A DNA stretch of 64,000 bases, from assembly GCA_965285935.1 (NCBI GenBank), contig OZ260662.1, positions 31,806,001-31,870,000 on the forward strand. Reading direction: 5' to 3'. This stretch comes from Ophelia neglecta (Eukaryota). Positions 13,201 to 25,400 of the stretch are shown one piece after another (the stretch's first letter is position 1; each line of letters starts with the position of its first letter). The notes beneath the pieces are model-generated. The model saw only the letters and a list, made by a program, of their open reading frames with translations. It ran no database searches and was not told where the DNA came from. Made by a program: the position numbers and the translations under genes.

Positions 13201-16200
13201 TAGATTTTTTAATCCTTAATCACACACATGTACCAACTTTTGACAAGACCTCTGAACTACCTATCAAATCTTGGTTTAATTTCTTTCGCTTTGTGTAGCC
13301 CTCACCTAACAGTGGACACAATAAGATTAAAAACAGCACATGCCGCCTGCTCATGATAATTCATGATAACCGTTTTATTTGCTCGCATAGACTATGCCTC
13401 AAAATATATATCATAGCTAGCTATAGTGCAGCTAATCCGATAAACTAGTAGCCAATCTATACTATTAAGGGTGAATCTGATGTTCTGACTTGTTCCATTT
13501 TTATTAGATAAGAGCTGAACACTAAACATCTCTTTACATAGCCTTTGTCAAATTGGCCAAAGTGTTTAAACTCTGCATGCTTGATAACGCCGCAAGCCGT
13601 AAAATTAATGGGCAATATATATCATGCAGAGCGCTCAATGGATGGGGGGGGGGGGGGATATTATTAGAAAGTGGAATAAACAATGTATTTCACCATGTTT
13701 TCACCATGTTTCCCCTGTTTTGATATTATTAATGAATTGTGCCGACCAGTGCATAGTATTAAAATTTATAGTGATTTTAAAAAAGGTACTCGAAAACAAC
13801 AGTATTCCTGTTCAGAACAGATATAAGGCCAGTCAGTAAATTAATACAAAAGGTGTATACACATTGTGGAGATGAAAAAAAATATGATTGTAATATGTTT
13901 TTGATTGTATATACAAGCCTATATTAGGCGGAAATATCAATCGGTTGTACTACTGCGGCCTGGCGAATGATACTGGTGAGAGTGACGTGGTAGTAGTGAA
14001 GGTGTACGGGGCTGGTTCAGAAGGAGTGTTAGACAGAGATAGAGAGGTCGCCACCATAATGGTGGCCCAGAGCGTGGGGCTGGCGGCACCTCTCTACTGC
14101 AGGTTGGTAGTACCATAATACAATATTTAATATTGCAAAATCAATTTAAACTACCAGCTTTATGTGTTATCTGCATGATGAGGCCTACCAATGTACAGGC
14201 GCCTACCAATGTAAAGGCGCACAAATATAAGTATGCTCCATTCGAATAAGGTAAAGGAACCCCTTTTTCTTTTATTATTATCTGCTGACTAAATATTTTT
14301 CTGTCAGTCTCTTGGCCTTGTTAAGAATAAGTTTCTCCCTTGGAAAGGGTATAATTATGTGAGCCTGGTTAATGAAACAGGTTTTTGCATGTCAACTTAC
14401 CTAACATGAAAGGCCGTATATGAAACACAGGACTTTACTTTTTTTTTACTGAGTGTCAAATACACGCCTTATCCTGTTTTTAGATTCAAGAATGGCTTGG
14501 CGTACAAGTACTGCCCAGGAAATACCATAACGTCAGAGAAACTTACAGACGATTCATTGGCTAGGTTCATTAGTTTATATTTCTGTAACGGGCCCGATGT
14601 AATATCTAGTTGCGTGCTAAGGAAATTCTAAATTTTAGATAATATCATGGTGCATTCAGTTGTGTTCATCATTTCGTACTTTCCAAGTAACTCATACTAC
14701 TGATCATTTTAATTATATCACCACCGCAAGGGGGCAGATATTTAAATGACGCCTAAAACAGAGAGCACTGCATTAAACCTTATCACACATTCCAGGAATA
14801 TTGCAAGGAAGCTCGCTACCCTTCACCTAGTGGACTATGTCAAAGTTTTTCCTTGTTCCGAGTACAATTTGGACAGCTTTAAAATTCCATACACCATGAC
14901 CTTGATCGAAATGGCAAAAAAATTGTTACCTCGAATCAAGGATGACAATCTACGTATGAACAACAAGTAAGTGGGATTTTGTAAATTGGCAGGTAGTTTA
15001 CCAAGTAAACACGAATTCACAGCTTGATACCTGCCTTTAAATATCGAGACAATATTGATATCTGTGGCAATGTTCAATGACAATGTATACATCCCCACAA
15101 CAATGCCATTGTATGGTTCATTATAGAGAATTGACATTTATTAAATAATATATATGAAACCATTTAAAAGGCCAATGAATACGGATATCCCTAGAAAAGA
15201 CCAAGCGCTCGAGGAGATGGAAGCATTTGGAAAAGAGATACAAACCATGGCTTTCCCTGCCTGTTTTTGTCACAGTGATGCTAACCCTTCAAACACAATC
15301 TATAATACTGAAACAGGTAACATTAGGCCTACAACTTACCAAATATTTTATTACAATTTCTTATTTTTAGGACCAAGTGCGACTATGCTAAATTTTCTAA
15401 ACATACAATCATCATATATGTAGTGAATAAATAAACTAGGGAAAATATTAAACGCATTTCAAGTCAGTATTCATTAAAAAAGAAGTAAATTTCTGTCGAA
15501 TTTCCGACACCGTCATTTATGAATGCCGCTTTACTGCGACACATCCTCGTTTCTTGTATACCTACGCTAGACAGTATTTTCCGGCCAAATACGAACCTGG
15601 CCTATACACCACAATACGCCAAAAGCTGGTGAATTCTAGAGCGCTTCCAATGTGCTTAATTTCTCAAAACTTAGTTGAATTTTCCTATCAAAAAAGCTTT
15701 GATGGCCCAATTTCGCCGTATGGAAAGAATTGGCGTACGCTCAGCGTGACATCTGAGAAATCAACACGTTTACGTAATACATTTTAACCAACGTGTTAGA
15801 TACACGTGACGTACAACTGCACAACGTAAAAGAATAAATAAAAAATCCCTAGGCCCTGTTACAATAATGTCAGCTAATAAGAACATATTTTACATAAACC
15901 TGAGGGGATCATGACTGTAATTTATGGTGTATATTGATCGCGAAAGGGCCAAGGTTCAAGACTGATTTGTTTAAGAAACCAAACCTGGCGCATGTGACAA
16001 TTTTGAAAGAAACAATATTGGATGCCATTTAAATTTACATTTCAATTTACAATATAATCCCTTGTCAGTTATCTCACATGGGCGCGTTCTCATTGACCCT
16101 TTAGACTTTTTCAGACGAATTTTATTTCACTTCACGCGGCTACTAACTGCATTGGGCTCTGCACTACTTGTAACTGTCACTGCACTTGGCAACATATATC

Positions 16201-17215
16201 CTTACAGACCCCTTGTGCTACTTTGCCATTTTAGGAGAGATACAGTTGATCGACTGGGAGACGGGTGGTGTGGATTATGCCGCTCACGAAATCGGTTGGT
16301 ATTTCGTCGGGAGAACAGGTAAGTTTTGATCTACCAAAATCATTCCTTTAGGCCTATATATCTGTAATTACTTTGTAGCGCATTGTTCCCTCTTCTTTCA
16401 TTTGGCCATTACATCCTTAGATTCATTTATATTTAGTAGTTAACGGCTTAACGGAAGAGGGGCTTGCCTTTTATCCGTGCAAGGAGTACCAGTTGAAATG
16501 GATTCGATGGTACCTGGAGTACACCGCCGAGATGACCGGTAGAGACCCTGGAGAAGTAACTGAGGCGGAGATCTGTAAGCTATACAGGGGATCCATTATA
16601 TGTGTTTTGGTAAGACTATACGCATATGTAGAGACTCAGTCATGTAAAGTTACTGAGGAAAGGATTATCTTTCCAAGTTATTAGGCGAATATGTCTCATT
16701 AATTAAATATATTAAATTGAGGAATTTGTTATCTTAAATGTATAGATGTGCCTTCTATTAAAAAAAAAAAAAAACCCTGACGGTAAATCATTTCACGGCA
16801 AATTACTTATTTTTAAGTATCAATCAAATTATACTGACGAAATCTGCATCCGAATGTATTAACTTCAACAGATGCAAACATTAAATTGCCCTTCTTATTA
16901 TGAGTTAATCACATTTAATCATTCCCCACTTAATTGGACTTATTAGATTTAACATTGTATTTGCTTCTAACATTGTAGATGAGACTGAGAGTAGTAGGGC
17001 TATATTTTGACATTGTAGATGAGACTGAGAGTAGTAGGGCTATATTTTGACATTGTAGATGAGACTGAGAGTAGTAGGGCTATATTTTGACATTGTAGAT
17101 GAGACTGAGAGTAGTAGGGCTATATTTCGCAGCGGAAGGACAATTGTCACCAGCAAACAAAAAGAGCTTTGAGTAAGCAATTTTCGTTAGTCGTCATCCT
17201 GCAATACATCTAACA

Positions 17216-17247
<32 letters not shown>

Positions 17248-19189
17248 TTAAACAAATTGTGTTCATTGCCTTAAGGGTATACCGAACCCCTACAGAATGT
17301 TAAATTTCATAAATGGGTGATTTTTAAAAATGTACTGGTTAAGATAGAGCTTAATCTGCTCTATCCATTGGTGTGTTTATTTTCATTCTAAGCATTTTCT
17401 ATTTTACTCAAAAAAAGGATTTTTATTCATGCCCACCAGCAAATTGTTTGTTTACAAACAAGACATGTTATGGTATTGTTAGTCACATGACCATAGTGAT
17501 AGGCCATGCATGACCAAGCATTAGGCAATGACAATTATACTCTCACTGGATCACTGATAGTTATGATAAACTGAAAATTATGACAGGTGGCATACCTGTA
17601 GCAAGTTTTGACATAGAGCCCGATGAAAATGACGACAAATGCAGATATTAGCACTTCATGTTCATGCAGTCTACGTGCTCTATTATAGAGCGTGTGTGGG
17701 AAAGCATGTATGTGAGCGAAAAAACGTGAAACGATCGTTCCTAACTTACTAGATGTATATTTATCGCCGAGAATTTCACTATATTAAATTCAACACAGGC
17801 TAATCCATTACTACAGGCACAGATCAGACGATTGCAATGTTTATCCCACAATTGGCCGCATTCTAATCACAAATGTTTGAAAAAGGTCTCTTTTTCCGTC
17901 CCATCGTTTAGGAATATCTCACCATCCACAGTTATTGTGTATATGAATTACATTGTATTTGCTATAAACAATCGATGTCTGAAGTTAGAGGTTATTCTTT
18001 CGCTAATTAAATTACTTGGCTCCGCCCACGAGGTCTGACGCGACGGCATCACAGCCAATTAAAATCTGTCCGCGTGGCTTACCACGTGGAACTGAACGAG
18101 TGGCATTTCAACCGACTAAAACTCAACGACTAAACTACCCAAAATTACGCTTATGATTGGTGGAAAGAAAATGACAGTTAGTGGGATTGTAGCAGACTTT
18201 ACTGCTCTAATGGTGCTCTAAGGTGAGACGCATCAAGCCAAATCCAGGCGTCAAAGTGAGAAAAACAGTGTTCCGACGCCTTCTTTGTTGATTAGCCGCG
18301 AAGATGAGCTGGTGTAAATTGCACGCTGTTCATCATTTTCAAACAACGCTGGCCTCGTCAAACTTTAACCAAATTACAATCCGCAAACGGGAACTTGTCA
18401 ACAAGAGTTAGATCTAGTAAAGGGTCATTCAAATTTTTTATAAGATTTTCCATCAATTAGTAATCAATCGCCAAAGTTGAGATAGCCAATAATGAGTACT
18501 AAATTAGATGACTAGTTACAAAGTCCATTTAAATCTCTGGTTAGGAGAGGAATTAGGAAAATCTGAATGACTACTACCGTTAGTTTACACTCTTAGGAAC
18601 ACATTAGCACAACTGTCACACTTATAAAAAATTACAGTGCTCCATGGCAACCTTTGAAAAAAATACCTATATTTTCTGACAAAAAGTGCTACAAAGTCAT
18701 AATTTTCAATTTTTTGGTACCTAGTGGGCACTATATATTATGAAAGTTTTGTTGTTTATATGGTAATCGTCGACAAAAATCAATTATAACATTTAACATC
18801 GAGTAGGGGTTCGGTATACCCTTAATACTCTATATCTAAAGCGACCTATCTCTAAGGATAATACCTCTATCCTACAGCTGCACGGTTTCTTTACACAGTA
18901 GGAAGAATTCATACCTACTCACCAGGCACTTATGTAAACTTTGGAGCGATAGGCATTAGAGTGGCTTTAGTAAGGGTTTAACCGTGGTCTTTTTGTCAAT
19001 TCAGGTATAGGTCAAATTGACGACACATCATGTTAAAATGCATTTAAGTTGCCATGTTTACACACTTATTGGTATAATGATTCGTAGATAACATATTTTA
19101 TTTTATTTTTCAGAAATGCCAGATTCGTGCAACGCATGTTTTGGATAATTAAGAATGGACACTATATCACTGATTCATCATCTTTCTAA
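7250..19189 (+). CDS. Choline/ethanolamine kinase-like protein, about 379 aa. Exons 7250-7278 (tentative; alternative start ATG 10907), 10894-11017, 13918-14102, 14484-14564, 14796-14966, 15171-15316, 16235-16318, 16440-16609, 17099-17172, 19114-19189
   Basis: Phase-consistent GT-AG exons totalling 1140 nt. Motifs: GGNINRLY (P-loop-like), VVVKVYG...LDRDRE, LAAPLYCRFKNG, IARKLATLH, Brenner motif CFCHSDANPSNTIY, LIDWE, YPCKEYQLKWIRWYL. Confidence 0.88.
8190..8520 (+). mobile_element. Decayed PIF/Harbinger transposase (HARBI1-like) N-terminal remnant
   Basis: Broken frames give IFRDRQNHL...EEAI...YRF and VLQVCIFL.../APGSFFIIIGDIIDLHKGTAR, resembling the Harbinger transposase N-terminal HTH region. 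Several stops and frameshifts. Confidence 0.5.
11380..11890 (-). mobile_element. Decayed LINE ORF2 fragment (CR1/L2 group) in a kinase intron
   Basis: IRPRDIPLMTSEIRRAMRGRNRLQK...YRSARKTVV matches the EN-RT linker pattern (PWxTxEIxxxxxxRNxL). Boundaries approximate. Confidence 0.65.
16970..17127 (+). repeat. Tandem repeat, 40-bp unit, about 3.95 copies, spanning an intron/exon boundary
   Basis: Unit acattgtagatgagactgagagtagtagggctatattttg starts at 16970, 17010, 17050 and 17090 (last copy diverges after 38 nt); no spacers. Confidence 0.97.
17275..18821. mobile_element. Non-autonomous Kolobok-like DNA transposon, 1547 bp, in the last kinase intron
   Basis: 19-bp perfect TIR gggtataccgaacccctac / gtaggggttcggtataccc (extends imperfectly), TTAA on both sides (17271-17274, 18822-18825), RR...YY termini. 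Confidence 0.85.
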
Positions 19190-20559
19190 GCAAGATGTTG
19201 AAAATATATTAATTTAAACAGAATAGTATTATTATTGCCTGATGTAAACGCTTATCCGTGGCACACTATATATTTGCTTACCTTGTAATACGTCTTCGAG
19301 TGTGTATGTTGTTCGCCAAGGGAATTAGCAAGGATATATTCGCTACAAAGGATAGTATTTAAATCCAGTCTTGCCTGTCAACGCCGTTAAACGAATTCGG
19401 CTCTATCGTCGGCTATGTACGTTGATAAAGGCATCCTAATCTGTCCAAAACGATGCTTTGTCTCTCATGTCTGGCATAAGTATGATAACAAGTGGAATGA
19501 GGTATAACCTTGTACTTTTGAATGAGCTGCTTAGATAGTGGTCAGCTAATCATTAGAACTCAGTTGTAGGCTATTATAGAAGGAGTTCACTCACATGAAA
19601 AATTATCATTTGACATGTTTAAAAAAGTTAAAGCTGATGAATATAGACAGCCTTTTACTAGATTAGTTTATTCTAGCCGGTAGTGAGAAGTCTCTACAGT
19701 TCTTATTGATAAGATGATCTCATTTTATTACAATTTATTATTCAAGACATTTTAGGACCAAGTGCAATTATGCCAAAAACCCATGCCATACTTTTAACAG
19801 GTGGCTTATCTGGTAGATAAAATCGTTTCCAATTAAATGGCATACCACATTTTAATATGTATGCATTTTAAATCAATATTCCTATTGTAGAAAGTTTTTA
19901 AAGTGCACCTGGTTATGATTTGAAGTTTATATCACGGTTTATTATGCCATTGGCCGATGTGCTGATGTTGCATCTTCCTAAATCTAACAGCTACTTTGTT
20001 TATCCTCTGTAAATACTTGTGACGTTTTCGTATAGAAGATTTTACGGTCTTCCAATGCCACGACTGGTTGGCCTCTCCGCGGCTGTTTTACACCATTAGG
20101 AACATCCAGCAGCAAATTGGTAGTTCAATCTCGATCTGAAATGAGTTGTTTCTTCACTTCGAACGACGTCCCTTTGTTCTTAACTGTAACTGCTTGAGTA
20201 TTCCAATGCACCTTCCCTTGAAGTAGTGATGTATGCACAGGCTGTGTTCCTGGCGATATTTTGTGTCTACCTTAGATCATTTTCAAACTTGGCATGTATT
20301 GAAAGTCCTTGGTATTATAAAGGAAACCCCCCAGTTCCTAATTTTAAAGTTTATCATATGGTGGTAATTCTACGTCCAATGTATTCATGTCGCATTGTAA
20401 GTGGATAGCTCAAATGCATTTATTTAGGACATTTGGAGGTCTGGATAACAATTGGCTTAACAGTTTGTTAAATTCCAGTAGTAGTTATAAAAAAGTCACC
20501 AGATATAATCCGGATTTCACCCTACATTGATATTCATGAAGTATCCGGCCAGCCCTCTG

Positions 20560-22310
20560 CTAAAAATCAAACTTTGAATATACGGAGTATGAATTGCCAG
20601 ATCATTAATGGGAAATTTGACCAGATCCGTATCCTACTGAAAGACTTTTACAATAACAGTTCTTCTTTAAGTGTAGTCTGTTTACAAGAAAACTGGATCT
20701 CAGACGATTCTGACACGTCTTTGCTAAAATTGGAAGGTTACAATCTTATATCACAGAGTAAAAACTGTTCAGCTCACGGAGGGCGTCTTATATATTTAAG
20801 GGACTGCTATTACACTGTTTCATATTTATATAATTCATCCCAGACGTGAGAGGAACAATGTTTTCAGGTGAAAAGGCTTGACCATTAAAGCAAAGTTGTT
20901 ATTGACAATATATATAGACCGTCTAGAGTGCTCACTGACAATCATAAAGCAGTTTTGGGGAAATTTAACTCTTACTTCTGCAACTACAAAAATAAGTACA
21001 GTTCTGAAGGTATACTAGTCGGCGATGATGATACGGATTTGTTAAAAATCAAAGTAAAGCTAAGTATTGGTGAATATTTTGATAATATAATGTCGAAAGG
21101 TCTTTCCTAAAATTACTTTGACAACTAGGTTTTGTAAATATGGAGGCTCATTAATAGACAATTGTATTGTGTAAACTTAGCACTATGTCGTTATATTCAT
21201 CGAGTGGAATCCTCATCTGTCAACTATCTGATCATCATTCCTAATTTATGGCCATCAATAACCTGTTTTACAAATGCAAAGAGTCCCCTGCATACATACA
21301 AAGCAAGCGACATAACCCTCAGTAAATACAAAACATTAAACAGAAATTTCCAAATTGAAGATACTTACTAAACTTGATTCACACGAGCTTGCTAGTCCTC
21401 ACTGTGATTATAATGATATAATTCAGTTAATAACCGATGCATTCCAAAGACACTTGCAAACTGAATATGTCAGATATAACAAACGCAAAAAGTCAAAAAG
21501 GATAACACAGTGGATTATCAGATCTATTACCTTTAGATATAAGCTATATAAAAACTACACAAGATATAACTCTCTATTGTCGTTTAAAAACTAATTTGGA
21601 TACTAATAATACTATCCTTAATCGAAACATTAGCTTGGCCAAGATAGATTATTTAATGGCTAGTTTATAAAATTCGGAAATCATAAAACAACAAATGGTT
21701 TATAATGAACGAAATTTTAAACATAAGATAGAAAGAAAATAATTTTCCAATTCTTTTTAAAATAAATGATAATTTAATTAGTGACAAACAGGATATGGCG
21801 AAGAAATTAACAACTTCTTTATTAATATTGGACCCAAGTTAGCTTCTAAAGTAAATCCTAGCTCTTGTAAATCTTTTAATTCTTTTATTAATGACTCCGT
21901 CTTACATACGTTTTCCCTAAAACCAGCGTCTGCATTAACTGTTTCTTTATATATATTGAAAAATTTAAATCTAAAAGAAGTTGTGATCTAGACGGACATT
22001 CTAAGTTGCTTAAAGTTATTAAAGATAATATTGTGCCTCCCCTAACTAAAGTAATGAATCATTTTTCCCGATAAGCTTAAAATTGTTAAGATAACTCGTG
22101 TCCCATAAAGGGTGAAAATACATTATTATTCCAACTATATCCACAATATTTGTAAGAATAATTGCAGACCAATAATACTTGTATTTTAAGTCCCATATTT
22201 TATTGTGGCAAATATGGATCTAGGACACTCTATGGAATTCGCAGTTCTACAAATAGCGGACAGGATCATCAATGAATAAGATAAAAATGAAACCCAAATT
22301 AACACTTAAT
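20560..22310 (+). mobile_element. Heavily decayed LINE ORF2 (endonuclease plus start of RT), CR1/L2 group
   Basis: Fragments NIRS, CLQENW, HGGRLIYL, NIYRP, LVGD, SLIDN, FFINIGPKLA and FPDKLK in shifting frames. Boundaries approximate. Confidence 0.8.
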
Positions 22311-22415
22311 ATAACCCCGGTTAATATAAATTTCGTAAAAAAACAATGTTAAAATTACCTTTTTATCTGCAAATTATAATAATTATATTATAATCAAAGT
22401 GAAGTCTAACTAAAG

Positions 22416-25400
22416 TTATAATACTTTTTGCAGGTATTTTACTATATCACCCAACATTCTTATGCCAGCATCATTTTTTAATGGAGGTACAACAGAGTTG
22501 AAAACTGTATGAAAAGAGTCTTCATAGTGCGTGTGAATCACAGGTACTCCAAACTGCCTTAAACGACTAGCATATAAGAATCCGTCATCTCTTAAAACGT
22601 CGTGTTCTACTGTCAAAATAAGGGCTTCAGGAAGATTTCTTAAATCTTCAGCAACAAGAGGGGAAAAATAAGGATCAGTAAGATATTTCTCCATTTTTGT
22701 GGCCAGGTCTTTGTTTGTTTTAGAGTAGTCTTGTTGAATCTTATACCTGATCCTATATTTTTCCGGAATAACCGAAATATCAAGAAACTTTGCATACTTC
22801 TTTCTTGTTTGAAGGGAAACATGCTTATTTTCAGCAACATCTATCGTGTGATTTAAATCAATACCGAACAACTGCACTAAAAAATTTGCTATCCACATCT
22901 TAGACCCATAGGCTCTATCGTCATGATAATTATAGGAGGGCAAATCCAAGTCCAGTGCTTGTGTTACAGGATAGATAAGCACCTGGGCTTTCGGTAAGGG
23001 GGAGAATTTTTCATCTCTTAATTTCAGTGATACAACAGCAGCCATGTTTCCTCCCGCACTGTCGCCTGCAAACAAAAAGAAACATATTGGCATAGGGCAT
23101 TCGTGAATAATATGCTTAGGTTTACCCCATGTTTGTTTCCTATATATTAGGTAGGTATTTAGGTAATCATTTTGTTTTATCTTTAGTATTTATTTTTACT
23201 GGCAGCAAATGTTCCCCTTTCTTCTGATCAAAACTATCCACGATAACAAATGGGTTCCTGGTATTAAATATTCAAAGCATGTGGATCAGTCAAATCAACC
23301 CAGTAAACCTTGGCACATGACGCACGGTAACGGGGTAGATTACTTCAAAAACTAAGAAATGCTTTACTTTAGTAGGATAAAGTAACGAAAAATACGTTTT
23401 CAAACAAATAATGTAGGTAAGGTTACGGGAAACGAATATTTTTTTTTATTTACTTTACCCAAGTTCCTTTTGTAAAACAATGAAATTATATTAATCACAA
23501 ACCACATTCTATCGTTTAATAGTACTCGTTTTTATCGAGTGTTCTTCATCAGCAGTATGAATTATTCGCATCGCCACAACGTTTAATTTACTGCGTTTTT
23601 TTCTCAATTGAAGTGTAAAAACCTTACCCATTACTACGATTTTATTTGGATTAACATTATAATCATGAGCATTCTTTATGACATGCTTGACTACAGCAAG
23701 ACCATCTTTTAAAGGGATTGGATACAGATGCTCAGGAGCAAGACGATAACTGAAATAGATATGTAATTATCGATGAAGGTTAAACAGTTCCATAAGCAAT
23801 CCAATAATATAAAACTAATTAACTAAACATTTGTATAAATTAACCAGTCGGAAATTAAAAGTTCATATAAGAACAAAAGGAAATGAAGAAATACTTACTC
23901 CACAGAAATGATAAGAGTGTTTAACTCTGAGGCTAAAATCCTTAATGGAGGGTCATGTGTATCTGAAAAGGCAAGTTATTTCTAAAAAATAAAACATAAT
24001 CTGGCTTTTCATTTGTAGTATTCCTGACTCCAGATTTATCTCTTGAGTGTCGCTATTCGCGCTGAGAGTTCACAGGTAGATTTTGGTTTCCGTTTATTCT
24101 TCTTTTATTCCCGATTGTTAATGCTTTTATCGTGGTATTTTATGATCTAAAGATGTTATGTCATGATTCGGATTCCTTGGTGTTAACAATATAACTGAGT
24201 GTTTAGATTTTGTGATTAAGTTGGATTTATGATACAATTTCTGAAAAATTTCTTAAGTTTTCTATCAATATCGGATTTCCAGTGTTTATGGATGTGAATT
24301 CCTTCATATTTTTCATTGGCTGACGGTTTTTTAAATATTCACTTGCAGTGGTGTCTAAATATGCTGGTCCGACCGTCATTGCCTCATAAGCATTTACTCG
24401 GTCCGTGCGAAACACTGTAATCGCATTTCAGAATGTCCATCAATGTCTATTTTACACACTGATAGCTTCTTGAGAATTTCCTACATATGTTCCGGTAGTA
24501 ATCTCGACTGGAAGCAGGTATCCTCATTAAAAATCCGCCTGTCACCGTAGCCACTGTTAGAGCATAATAGAGGCAATTGGAAAGCCAGATGGCGCGTTGG
24601 AGCATAGGGCCGGGAAATTCAATTCAGTCAGCATTAGGGTCGAAAGGGAATCGCGAGCAGGCAAATACCGGGACAACATTTAGTGAAACGTATTTATCTT
24701 AGGTTTATCCTTGTACTTTTTTTTTGATAGAAAATATTACGACGTAAATGATATAGGCTAGGCTTATTATTCCAAATTTCTGACTTGCTATGACTTTGAT
24801 GGTATATGTGTAACTCGGAGCCTATTTCTATTTGTACAATACAGCAAACATTATATTTGTTCGGACTGGGAAAATGTGGTTTGTACCGGCAAAAACTGAC
24901 GATTGGTTTTATTTCAATATAACAAAATTTGTATATTGATCGAGTCCAGAATTTATTTTTTAGGCACGAGTCATATTGATTGTTTTATACCATCCGTAAC
25001 TTCCGATAATTTGTTTCAATTCTTAAAGATCATCAACCATTGTTTTAAAGCCTTTCTAAATACAAAGGTAGAATTCAAGAAATCAATTTTACTGTTCATC
25101 CTGTTAAGCGTAATAGTAGTTTTTTTTTTACTGGTTCCTACTCAATATCCATACCTGGCCTTATAACTGCAGTCACAAATGCGGACTGGTCTACAGACAA
25201 TTATAAGACTCCTTTACTAATTGTATACCTAAGCTGCCAAAAATCCACCCTCCACCATGGAAGAAAATGATAGCGGCAGAATCCATTTTTGAGGCGGCGT
25301 CATCGGGAATGTACATCCTGACCCTGACATCATTAATGTAGTTCTCCTTAACCTAGTTATGATTATACACGAATGTTTAAATTAATAATGTTTTTAGAAA

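Noticed and set aside
16970-17127. CRISPR-like array
   Set aside because: Units are contiguous with no unique spacers, there are no cas genes, and the context is a eukaryotic intron/exon junction.
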